Shown here in pieces: positions 8,454 to 18,557 of a stretch of 64,000 nt of DNA. The DNA lies in the NCBI GenBank assembly GCA_963804495.1, contig CAWDQN010000010.1:258265-322264 (forward strand). Reading direction: 5' to 3'. Position numbers and translations under genes: made by a program. How positions within the stretch are numbered: position 1 is the first letter of the stretch; every line of letters begins with the position of its first letter. Source of the DNA: an uncultured Alphaproteobacteria bacterium (lineage in GTDB: Bacteria; Pseudomonadota; Alphaproteobacteria; Acetobacterales; Acetobacteraceae). Below the pieces are notes generated by a model. It worked only from the letters and a program-made list of their open reading frames with translations, was not told the origin of the DNA and ran no database searches.

Positions 8454-9079
8454 TCGCGCCGCCGGAACGTTCGGCCGAGCGCGACGCCGCCCTGCTGGCG
8501 ATGCTGCCGTATGTGGGGCGGTTCGGCTGGACCACGGTCGCGCTGCGGCGCGGGCTACGCGACGCCGGCGCCGATCCGGGCGATGCCGAATTGTTGTTCC
8601 CGGGGGGCACGGCGGCGCTGGTGGAGGCCTGGATCGACCTGGAGGACCGCGAGATGGCGGCGGCGATGGCCGCGCGCGACCTGTCCGGGTTGCGCCTGCC
8701 CGAGCGGGTGCGGCTGGCGGTGGCGCTGCGCTTCGAACTGGCGCGGCCGCATCGCGCTGCGGTGCGCCGGGCCGCCAGCGTGCTGGCGCTGCCGCGCAAC
8801 GCCGGGCTGGCGATGCGGTCGCTGGCGCGCACGGTGGATGCGATCTGGCACGCCGCGGGCGACCGGTCGGCCGATTTTGCATGGTACACCAAGCGGTTTA
8901 TTCTTGCCGCCATCTACGCGTCCAGCCTGTTGTTCTGGCTGCGTGATGACAGCGGCGACGACGCGGCGACGCTGGCATTCCTCGATCGCCGGCTGGCGGA
9001 TCATGCGCGGTTTCACAAGGCGCAGCGTCGGTGCAGCGAACGTGTGTCGCGCTGTCTGCCGGGGGAGGCGGCGGCGTGA
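8450..9079 (+). CDS. COQ9 family ubiquinone biosynthesis protein
   Basis: GWT..AL, IWHAAGDRSADFAWYTKR, FLDRRL motifs; divergent from rpsU as usual for this family; GTGA overlap with def. Confidence 0.92.
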   Translation: MIAPPERSAERDAALLAMLPYVGRFGWTTVALRRGLRDAGADPGDAELLFPGGTAALVEAWIDLEDREMAAAMAARDLSGLRLPERVRLAVALRFELARPHRAAVRRAASVLALPRNAGLAMRSLARTVDAIWHAAGDRSADFAWYTKRFILAAIYASSLLFWLRDDSGDDAATLAFLDRRLADHARFHKAQRRCSERVSRCLPGEAAA

Positions 9080-9200
9080 AGCCCGGTCTGGGCGCGGGGC
9101 CGTGGGCGTGCCGCCCGCGGCAATTCCCATCCCCGAGCTCGTGCTGCTAAGCTGACCAAGGGCGATCACGCCGCAGCGATGTGAAACCAAACGGGCGAGT

Positions 9201-10124
9201 ATGCCACGGGTCCGCATTACCCACACCACCGAGTACCAGTATGCCGTGCCGGTGCGGTTCACCACCCACAGGTTGATGCTGCGCCCCCGCGACTCGCATG
9301 ATCTGCGTCTGCTCAGCGCTACCCTCGGTATCGCCCCGCGGGCATCGGGCACGCGCTGGGCGCATGATGTGTTCGGCAATTCGGTCTGCACGCTGGAGTG
9401 GGATGCGACCCTGGCGGCCGACGCGCTGCGCCTCGTTTCGATCCTCGACCTGGAGCATTTCCCGGCGGCGGCTGAACTGCCGCACGAGTCGCTCGATCCG
9501 GTGGCGGCGACCTACCCGTTCAGTTATGCCGCCGAGGAATTTCCCGATCTGGCGCGGCTGCTGGAGCGCCACCATCCCGATCCGGAACGGAATGTCGACA
9601 CCTGGGCGCGGCACTTCCTGCGCCGGGGGGTGGCGACCTCGACGCTCGACTTGCTGGCGGCGATGACGCGGGCGATTAAGTCCGACTTCCGCTACGCCGC
9701 GCGCGATGCCGAGGGCACCAACCCGCCGGTTGCCACTTTGGCGACGCGGCAGGGGGCCTGCCGCGATTTCGCTTTGCTGATGATGGAAGCATGCCGCTCG
9801 CTCGGCCTCGCCGCGAAATTCGTCAGCGGATACCTGTACGACGAGGCGCTGGTGGACAGCGCCGAGCCGGTGGTGGGCGGCGGCGAGACGCATGCCTGGT
9901 GCGCCATCTACTTGCCCGGGGCGGGCTGGGTGGAGTTCGACCCGACCAATGGGCTGGTGGCGGGACGCAACCTGATCCGGGTGTGCATGGCGCGCACACC
10001 CGAACAGGCGGTGCCGGTGGCGGGCGGGTATATCGGCAGGCCGGGCGACTTCCTGGGCCTGGCCGTCGACGTGCAGGTGGCGGTGGGGCAGGCGGCGGCG
10101 GACGAGGCGCAGTTCGCTTGCTGA
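9201..10124 (+). CDS. Transglutaminase-like protein with bacterial transglutaminase N-terminal domain
   Basis: HTTEYQY...LMLRPRDSHDL N-term; catalytic triad GACRDFA / THAW / EFDPTN. Confidence 0.92.
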   Translation: MPRVRITHTTEYQYAVPVRFTTHRLMLRPRDSHDLRLLSATLGIAPRASGTRWAHDVFGNSVCTLEWDATLAADALRLVSILDLEHFPAAAELPHESLDPVAATYPFSYAAEEFPDLARLLERHHPDPERNVDTWARHFLRRGVATSTLDLLAAMTRAIKSDFRYAARDAEGTNPPVATLATRQGACRDFALLMMEACRSLGLAAKFVSGYLYDEALVDSAEPVVGGGETHAWCAIYLPGAGWVEFDPTNGLVAGRNLIRVCMARTPEQAVPVAGGYIGRPGDFLGLAVDVQVAVGQAAADEAQFAC

Positions 10125-10159
10125 CAAGTGTGTCGGCCGCAAGGGGGCCGGTACCAGCT

Positions 10160-10195
10160 TGTCGGAAAGGCGACCGGGTTGTCCCCGACATAACG
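10160..10195 (+). promoter_or_regulatory. NifA-like upstream activator sequence(s)
   Basis: TGTCG-GAAAGG-CGACC (10160-10175) and TGT-N10-ACG (10180-10195), each one mismatch from TGT-N10-ACA, about 110 bp upstream of the -12 element. Confidence 0.5.
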
Positions 10196-10257
10196 ATCCC
10201 CTGTCGGCCGCGCGCGCTGCGGCGCATCACCCTGTTGAAATACGGTCTTTCGTGATG

Positions 10258-10273
10258 TGGCCCGCGCCTTGCT
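10258..10273 (+). promoter_or_regulatory. Sigma54 (-24/-12) promoter
   Basis: TGGCCCGCGCCTTGCT vs consensus TGGCACGRNNNTTGCW; GG and GC separated by exactly 10 nt. Confidence 0.75.
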
Positions 10274-10409
10274 TTGTCCCTGGCGACCAGTGTCGCGAGG
10301 CGGCCTGCCCCGCGACGAGCAGCGAGAATTGCGGCCCGGCGCCCGTGGGAGCGGTCGGGTGCGATGACGCATGGGCGGATCGATCAGGCGCAACGACAGG
10401 AGCACGCCA

Positions 10410-11303
10410 GTGAGCAACGTGACGTTTTCATCCCCCGTGATGGCGAAGGACGTGACCGTTTACGCCGTCGCCGGCGACCGCGGGACCATCCTTGCGGTGG
10501 CCAAGGCGCATAAGATCCCGATCCCGTTCGATTGCCAGGACGGCGAGTGCGGCTCGTGCCTGGTGGAGGTGAAGCATCTTTCCCCGGCGCAGAAATGCGG
10601 CATCGCGCTGACGGAGAAGGAGAAAGAAGTCCTTCGCCAGCTTGGCAAGATCACCAAGCAGGAAATCGAGGACGCCGAAGTCAACGACATGCCGCCGCGC
10701 TACCGGCTGGCCTGCCAGTGTTTCATTCGCAACGAGGACATTCTGGTGTCCTTCGAGGGCGACCAGACCCTGCCGGCCAAGCCGCCATACCTCTCGAAGG
10801 CAGCGAAGATCTTCAAGGGCGGTCTGGAGATCGGCTCGGTAGAGGAATTCTTCGGCTATGCCGTCAAGGTCGAGGAGGATGCGGCGATCCATTTCGACGA
10901 GTTGGCCAGCGCCATGGAGCAGGTCGGCAACCAGGAGGTGGCGAAGCTGTTCGCGCAGCTCGCGGCGTTCTCGCGTTTGCATCTGGCCGAGGCAAAGCGG
11001 CGGGCGGGTTCGATCGATACCACGAAGTATGTTCCGCCCGACTATGTGTGGCCCGACCATGTGACGCCGGAGCGGACGGCGCTATGGGCCGGCGATCCGT
11101 CGCTGTCGCGGCTGGACGCATTGCGGGCGGCGCTGCAGGGCGAGCGCCGGGGGTACGAATTCTACTATTCCGTCTCCGGCACCTCGACCAATGCCGAGAT
11201 CATCGCGGCGGCGAAGGAGTTCGTCGAAGAGGAAGCCGAGCACGTCAAGGTGCTGGAAGCCTGGATCACCCGCGAGGAATGGCAGCGCAAGACGCACGCC
11301 TAA
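10410..11303 (+). CDS. FeSII (Shethna protein II)-like [2Fe-2S] ferredoxin fused to a rubrerythrin/ferritin-like domain
   Basis: N-term FSSPVM..V.AVAG.R.T.L.VA...IP.DCQDGECGSCLV...LTEKE..VL..GK...MPPRYRLACQ...EDILV.F.G matches recalled Azotobacter FeSII sequence; C-term four-helix pattern VEEDA / FSRLH / GERRG / EEEAEH; AGGAG before GTG start. Confidence 0.85.
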   Translation: MSNVTFSSPVMAKDVTVYAVAGDRGTILAVAKAHKIPIPFDCQDGECGSCLVEVKHLSPAQKCGIALTEKEKEVLRQLGKITKQEIEDAEVNDMPPRYRLACQCFIRNEDILVSFEGDQTLPAKPPYLSKAAKIFKGGLEIGSVEEFFGYAVKVEEDAAIHFDELASAMEQVGNQEVAKLFAQLAAFSRLHLAEAKRRAGSIDTTKYVPPDYVWPDHVTPERTALWAGDPSLSRLDALRAALQGERRGYEFYYSVSGTSTNAEIIAAAKEFVEEEAEHVKVLEAWITREEWQRKTHA

Positions 11304-11310
11304 GGAATGC

Positions 11311-11381
11311 GGTGCAGGGGGCAGTTCCAGTCGCGCGACGGCGCGCTGGGCCGGGCCAGGGCAGCGCCCTGGCCTTGCTTT
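11311..11381 (-). repeat. REP-like repeat, long variant (copy 2)
   Basis: GGGCCAGGGC agc GCCCTGGCCTTGCTTT plus GTCGCGCGACGGCGCGCT module; between convergent genes. Confidence 0.75.
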
Positions 11382-11396
11382 GATCAACCGGTCCGC

Positions 11397-12188
11397 CTAG
11401 CGGTTCTGAGCGAGGGTCACCGACGGTGTGATGACCCGTGGCAGACCGGCGAGGCTTCGCCCCGTTACCCGAATGGCGGTCACCCGAAGGCTGGTCACCG
11501 GCGCGGCGGCGACGGCAGAAGCGGGCGGTGGTGCGAGCGGGGGCGTCCCCGCCACCCAGACGCGGATTCCCGGCACCCCGCGTGCCGGCCCGATTGCCTG
11601 GCGGATGACCGGCGCAGCCGGTTCGGCGAGCCCGTGCCAGGTGGCAAACACCGCCTCCCGGTAGGGGGTGCCCAGCCAGGGGGTGGCGGAATGGTAGTCC
11701 GCCACCGCCGTCTCCCAGTTGCCCGCGCGGTCGTGCAACTCGATCAGGAAGCGGGCCGCATAGGCGGCGTTCGCGGTCGGGTCGAAGGCCTCCTCGAGGG
11801 TGGCGAAGGCCGCCGGATGGTACATCAGGTTGATCTGGAAACAGCCCACGTCGATCGAACGGCTGCCTTCCCGCTGGGCGGCGGCGACATAGGCGACCGC
11901 TTCGTCCCGCGACTCGAAGATATGGTCCTCGCCTTCGCGGTTCACCGTCCATGGCCACGGCAGCACGCCGCCGGTCTGCGCGTCCCAACGCCCACTCTCG
12001 CGCTTGCCGATGGCCAGCAGCAGTCCTGGCGGAATGCCGGCGGCATGTTCGACGATCGCAGCCTGGTCGCGACAGGCTTCGCCGGCGCCGGCATAGGCAA
12101 GGCCCGGCAAGGTGGCGAGCGGGGCGAGGCCTAGCATCAGCGCCATTCGAACCGGCGCGGCAGTGGAGCCGCCGGACTGAACGCCCAT
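11397..12188 (-). CDS. Lytic transglycosylase (SLT domain)
   Basis: AIGKRESG catalytic Glu, PWPWTVN, IDVGCFQIN, AVADYHS motifs; N-terminal signal. Confidence 0.9.
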   Translation of the reverse strand: MGVQSGGSTAAPVRMALMLGLAPLATLPGLAYAGAGEACRDQAAIVEHAAGIPPGLLLAIGKRESGRWDAQTGGVLPWPWTVNREGEDHIFESRDEAVAYVAAAQREGSRSIDVGCFQINLMYHPAAFATLEEAFDPTANAAYAARFLIELHDRAGNWETAVADYHSATPWLGTPYREAVFATWHGLAEPAAPVIRQAIGPARGVPGIRVWVAGTPPLAPPPASAVAAAPVTSLRVTAIRVTGRSLAGLPRVITPSVTLAQNR

Positions 12189-12211
12189 GAAGGTCTCGGC
12201 CTTCGGGTTCG

Positions 12212-13978
12212 TTATTGCGTGAAGTGGGCCGGCGGTGCCAGGGCCAGCTGCAGGAAGGTTTGCAGCGCGGCCTGGATGTGTTTACCGTCATTGGCTTCGA
12301 TGTAGTCGGCGGGAGCCGAGGCGCATTGCTGAAGGTTGTAGGGGATCGAATTGGCAGCGGTCGCTGCCGCCTGGACGATTTCAGCCGCCGGCGGGTTCGG
12401 CGCATCCGTTCCCAGATACCACGTGTTCATGAGCGAATAATAGGGCGTGTAAAGCACATAGATGGCGTAGCCCATGTTCTTGAACGTGGTGCAAGAACTC
12501 GGGTTGAAGGCCGACATGACCCGGCTAGAGGGGTCCTGCAGACCGTCGGTCACGATGATTAGCGCCTTGCGCGGCGCGGAGGCGTTCACGCCATTGCCGG
12601 CCGCGGTCAACTGGCCCGCGAGGTCGCCCATAATGGTCGGGAAGTCGGTTTCGCCGCCATTGGCGCCGACGTATGGCTGGATCCCCTGCTCCGAACCGGA
12701 ATACGGCAGGGTGAGCGAGGGCGGGGTGCCCACGGCGGCCTGTGCGTTCGCCCAGATATTCGGATCGGTCGAGGCGGTCGCGGCACCGCCGCCCGTCGGA
12801 TAGACCGGCGTGAGAATGTCGGCGAACCAGTAGATCCCGAGGCCCAAATTGTTGATCGACAGGTTGTCCTGTTGCATCGACGAAATCAGCATGTTCACGG
12901 CTGATTTGACTAGGTCGAACCGTAGGGTGACCGGGGATGAGGCATTTACTCCGGTCAGTGTGCTTCTTGCCACCGCGAAAAAGTCCTGGCCGGAGCCGGC
13001 CGCGCTGGTGGTGTCGAAATGGCAGGCGAAAGCGCAGGGCGGCCCGGCGCTGACGGGATATCCATTGTATGTGTTTTGCGTGGTCGGCAGCGTCGGGAGC
13101 ACCACCGCGTGGCAGGCAGGCCCCGGGTTATTTCCGGTTACGGGAAAGGCCGGGAAGGATATGCCGTCTGCGGTTAGCGGCCCGATAGGACAGGTATTGG
13201 TTCCGTCACTGACGTAGCTGTAGCCGCTGCCGCTGCAGCCGTAAACGCTGTAGCTCTGTTGCGATACGTCATTTACCGAAGTATTGAAATACTTATAGTT
13301 CGATTGCGTACTAACCAAACTTCCGGACTGGCTCCAGGTGGAGCAGGAGGTACTGCTACTGCCTGCCTTGGTGCAGTAATAAGCGCCGGTGTCCGCGCAG
13401 GCCGTCAGTTCCTGCATAGTCTGGATGTCGCTGGGCAGGGCCGCGATTTCCATCGAGCCGGAATTGTCCAGCAGAACATAGACGTTCAGATAGGGCGCGG
13501 TAACCGGCGTATCCACCACCGAGGTGCTGCAGAGCGGAATGGACGTAATGCCCACCAGTCCACCGAGATACGGGGTATAGGTGGCACAGTACGTGAGCGT
13601 GGCTGTGAAGGCGGTGACGTTGCCGTTCGTCGTGACGGCCGAGACGTTGACGGTGACGGGGAGTTGCACGGTGACGTTGTTGATGGTGCCGGACTGGGCC
13701 GCGAACCGTTGCTGGCCCGCCGGCACGCCGTCGGCGTCGGCGGTTGTGGTGGTGGTTGCGGCGCCGCTTTCCCAGGCTTGTGCCGCCGTGACCGCGGCGG
13801 TCAGTGCGCCCGCATCTGCCGCCAGGTCGAGCTTGGTTTTCGCGGCCGTGATGCCACCGAAATCGATCGCCAGCGCCACGAGCATCATCATCGGCACAAT
13901 GGCCAACCCGTACACCATGGCGGTGGCACCGCGGCGGTCGGTGGTGATTTTCAGAAGCGATGGGCGTTTCAAGGCCAA
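12212..13978 (-). CDS. tadG: TadG-like pilus protein with vWA domain and Cys-rich insertion
   Basis: DRRGATAMVYG prepilin-like site, TM helix, LLDNSGSM MIDAS motif, IIVTDG. Confidence 0.85.
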   Translation of the reverse strand: MALKRPSLLKITTDRRGATAMVYGLAIVPMMMLVALAIDFGGITAAKTKLDLAADAGALTAAVTAAQAWESGAATTTTTADADGVPAGQQRFAAQSGTINNVTVQLPVTVNVSAVTTNGNVTAFTATLTYCATYTPYLGGLVGITSIPLCSTSVVDTPVTAPYLNVYVLLDNSGSMEIAALPSDIQTMQELTACADTGAYYCTKAGSSSTSCSTWSQSGSLVSTQSNYKYFNTSVNDVSQQSYSVYGCSGSGYSYVSDGTNTCPIGPLTADGISFPAFPVTGNNPGPACHAVVLPTLPTTQNTYNGYPVSAGPPCAFACHFDTTSAAGSGQDFFAVARSTLTGVNASSPVTLRFDLVKSAVNMLISSMQQDNLSINNLGLGIYWFADILTPVYPTGGGAATASTDPNIWANAQAAVGTPPSLTLPYSGSEQGIQPYVGANGGETDFPTIMGDLAGQLTAAGNGVNASAPRKALIIVTDGLQDPSSRVMSAFNPSSCTTFKNMGYAIYVLYTPYYSLMNTWYLGTDAPNPPAAEIVQAAATAANSIPYNLQQCASAPADYIEANDGKHIQAALQTFLQLALAPPAHFTQ

Positions 13979-14000
13979 TGTCCTCCGGCGCCGGTTGCGG

Positions 14001-14774
14001 TTACGTTACGTTGTTGTCGGTCGTCGCCGCCGGGTAGCCAGGGCACAGGACGGTGGCGTCGTTCGATCCTGTGATCAAATAATACTGGAACCAATCGGTG
14101 ACCAGACCGATGCGCGGCGAGAAATAGGCAGTCCTAGTCATGACGATGTTGTTCTTGACGTAGCTAAAGAACAGAGGATGGAACGTATAGGTTACGTCGA
14201 CGACCAGAATGGGCTCGGGACTGAAGGCATCGGTTGCCAGCGTGGTCGGCGTGATGTTGGACGCATCGGGAACGGCGGTGAGGGTGCCGCAGGGCCGGAT
14301 TGTCCCCGCCGTTCCCTGGTAGGAGCCGCTCCAGGCAACATTGGCGTTGTAGGTGCAGCCGCTGGTGCAACCGGCCTGGGTCGGCGTCATGACCACTGAT
14401 GTAATGACCACGCCGAACGATGCCGCCGGTGCCGTCAATGTGTCCGGCAGATAGGCATAGATGGCCGATGCGGCCGTCGTTGCGTCGGCCAGGTCGAGAA
14501 TATTGGTGTTTTGCGGGGTCGCCGCCATCGCCGTGGCGATCTGGTCGATGGCCAGCGCCGCCATGTTGACCCGCTGCCAGGCCAGAAAGCCGGTGGTCAG
14601 GTCATACAGGCCGGTGAAGGCCGCGATCAGGAGCGGGGCAATGATGGCGAATTCGAGCGCCGCAAGCCCTTCGCGCGCGCGCAGCAACCGGCTTGCGCGC
14701 TGTCCGGCCAAACGGATGCGGGCCCGAAGATCGCGGAGTGCCGACTTTTTGTCGGGTCCGGCATGGCGTGGCAT
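14001..14774 (-). CDS. TadE/TadF-like pseudopilin
   Basis: REGLAALEFAIIAP G/xxxxEF pseudopilin motif. Confidence 0.85.
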   Translation of the reverse strand: MPRHAGPDKKSALRDLRARIRLAGQRASRLLRAREGLAALEFAIIAPLLIAAFTGLYDLTTGFLAWQRVNMAALAIDQIATAMAATPQNTNILDLADATTAASAIYAYLPDTLTAPAASFGVVITSVVMTPTQAGCTSGCTYNANVAWSGSYQGTAGTIRPCGTLTAVPDASNITPTTLATDAFSPEPILVVDVTYTFHPLFFSYVKNNIVMTRTAYFSPRIGLVTDWFQYYLITGSNDATVLCPGYPAATTDNNVT

Positions 14775-14782
14775 TGGCGCTC

Positions 14783-15259
14783 CTAGAATTCGTTCCGGTA
14801 GGCCGCCGTGCCGACCAGAAACTGCACGTTCAACGGCCAGTTCAGGATGCCTGGGGTGTAGTAGGCCTGCATCAGCACCAGGCTGCCGCTGGTGCCCGGG
14901 TTCACCGTGGGAGTGGGATTTTGTTGGAGCTGCTGGGCGGTGAGCGGCGGGGCTTGGAAATTCTGGACCGGCTGCAGGGTCACCACGATGTTGCCACAGG
15001 GCAGGAAACCAGCGAGGTAATGGCAGAAAAGACTGGATTGGAACGCGGCCTGCGCGGTTCCGCTGGCGATCGATTGTTGTCCGGTCAGCAACTGCCGCGC
15101 CGTTTGCTTGACGGCGTAGTCCAGCGCCGTTTGCGCGTACAGCAGGAAGCCGAGCTGGAACACCAGCATGAGCATGCCAACAAAGGACATGCCGATCAGG
15201 CCGAATTCGATCGCCACGGTTCCGGCCTTCGCCGGTCGCCTGTGCCCCGGCGCGCTCAT
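14783..15259 (-). CDS. tadE: TadE-like pseudopilin
   Basis: KAGTVAIEFGLIG motif, ALDYAVKQTARQLLTG, C-term YRNEF. Confidence 0.88.
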   Translation of the reverse strand: MSAPGHRRPAKAGTVAIEFGLIGMSFVGMLMLVFQLGFLLYAQTALDYAVKQTARQLLTGQQSIASGTAQAAFQSSLFCHYLAGFLPCGNIVVTLQPVQNFQAPPLTAQQLQQNPTPTVNPGTSGSLVLMQAYYTPGILNWPLNVQFLVGTAAYRNEF

Positions 15260-16188
15260 CGCAGGGCGAATGCCTGCACCACCCGCACTCCCGCCGGGCC
15301 GGCGACCACGACGAAAATGCAGGGCAGGATGAACAGGATCATCGGGATGGTCAGCAGCACGGGAATCTTCGCAGCCCTTGCCTCGTAGCGCGTCAGCATC
15401 GTCTGCCGCAGCTCGGCGGCCAGGGTGCGCAGCGCCAGCGTCAGCGGGGTGCCGTATTTCAGGCTTTGCGCCAGCGTGCCGCCAAGGCGGACCATGGATT
15501 CGAGCCCGGTGCGTTTGCCCATATTGACCAGGGCCTGGCGCCGGTCGGCCAGGATCTTCATCTCGTTGGCGGTCACCCGCAGTTCGTTGGCGGTGGCTCT
15601 GGCGCCGTCCTGACCCTCCTCGGCCACCCGCTCCATCCCCGCTTCGAGCGCCAGACCGGCTTCGGCACAGATGATCAGCAGGTCGAGTGCCACCGGCAGG
15701 CCGGCCTCCACAGCCTTGAGGTAACGCGCGCGGATCCGGCGCACGATGACATCCGGCGCCAGCAGCCCGATGATCGCGCTGATCACCATGATCAGCAGGG
15801 GCGAGCTCTGCGAGCCCATGACGGTCAGGAAGATCCAGGCCAGCGCCGGCAGGCCGAAGAACAAAACGATCTTGGCGCCGACGAACAGCGCCAGCGCGGC
15901 GCCGGTGCGCTGGCCGGCGGCTTCCATCGTCTGCTCGAGGTCCTCGATGGCCTTTCGCGAGAGCAGGCCGCTGCGCAGGACGCTGCGGCCGATGCCGCCG
16001 AGCACGCGGGTCCAGGCGGGGAGTGGCTCGGAGGCGATGCCCGTGTCCACGCCCGCAATGTGGCGGACCGACCGGATGCGCGCCTCGGCGCGTTCGGTCC
16101 GTGCGGCGACCAGCAGCAAAAGCATGCCCGCGACCAAGCAGAACAGGGACACTCCCAGCCCCACCTGCCAGGCGGCCACACCGCTCAC
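15256..16188 (-). CDS. tadC: Tad inner-membrane platform protein TadC (T2SS F family)
   Basis: LPVALDLLIICAEAGLALE, QSLKYGTPL, AAKIPVLLTIPMILFILP. Confidence 0.93.
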   Translation of the reverse strand: MSGVAAWQVGLGVSLFCLVAGMLLLLVAARTERAEARIRSVRHIAGVDTGIASEPLPAWTRVLGGIGRSVLRSGLLSRKAIEDLEQTMEAAGQRTGAALALFVGAKIVLFFGLPALAWIFLTVMGSQSSPLLIMVISAIIGLLAPDVIVRRIRARYLKAVEAGLPVALDLLIICAEAGLALEAGMERVAEEGQDGARATANELRVTANEMKILADRRQALVNMGKRTGLESMVRLGGTLAQSLKYGTPLTLALRTLAAELRQTMLTRYEARAAKIPVLLTIPMILFILPCIFVVVAGPAGVRVVQAFALR

Positions 16189-17143
16189 GACACGCTCTTT
16201 TTAATGATCGCGTGCATCGACGCGAATCCCATGGCCAGCAGGAGAATGCCGGCCAACAGGATGTGCTTGCCCATCGTGGTCGTGACCAGCACGGTCAGAT
16301 AGTCGGGGCTGATGATCAGCAGCGCGCCGGCGGCCACGAAGGGCAGGCAGCCCAGCACCCACATGGTCAGGCGTGCCTCCGAGGCCAGCGCGATCGCCCG
16401 CTGCTTCACGGCGACGCGCTTGCGCACGACATCGGCCAGGTTTTCCAGCGTCTCGGCCAGGCTGCCGCCGGACTGGCTTTGCAGCGTCAGCGCCACCGCG
16501 AAGAAACGATATTCGATCAGCGTGCTGCGCCGTGCCAGCCTGGCGATCGCCTCCGGCAGCGAGGCGCCGACCCTGATCTCGTCATTCAGCCGTCGGAACT
16601 CGGCCGAGGTTGGCCACTGGCCCTCCTCGCTGACCACCCGCAGGGCGTCCTGAACGGTAATGCCGGCGCGAACCGAGCGGTTGATCATCGACAGGGCGTC
16701 GGGCAATTGCGTGTAGAGGATGCTGGCACGGCGACTGAGAAAGACCCCGAAGATCGCGCGCGCGATCAGGAACCAGACCACCGGCAGCGTGATCCAGATG
16801 ATCGGGCCGATAAAGAAACTGGCCAGCCCGTCCACCGCGACCGCCACCGCCACGGTCAGGGGCACGATCACCCACCAGGGCATCGGGTAGAGATCGGGTC
16901 GCTCGGTGTCGATGCCCAGGATGGCCAGCACGCGCGCCGACAGGCCTGCCTTGCCCTCGCGCTCTGTCCAAGGGCGGCGCAGGGTGACAACGGGTGCTGA
17001 CGGCGGCGTATAGGCGAGGACGATGTCGGACACCCGCCGGCTGTGGGCGCGCGCCCGCCGGTCCGATACGAACAGCCAGACGCCGCCGGCCGCCAGGGCA
17101 GCGCCCGCGGCCAGCGTCAGCACCAGCGGGTCGAGTCCGGCGC

Positions 17144-17147
<4 letters not shown>
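16185..17147 (-). CDS. tadB: Tad inner-membrane platform protein TadB
   Basis: QLPDALSMINRSVRAG, QSGGSLAETLENLA, ASEARLT; probable TTG start at 17147 overlapping the natural tadA stop; appears fused to tadA in the ORF track. Confidence 0.88.
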
Positions 17148-18553
<1,406 letters not shown>

Positions 18554-18557
<4 letters not shown>

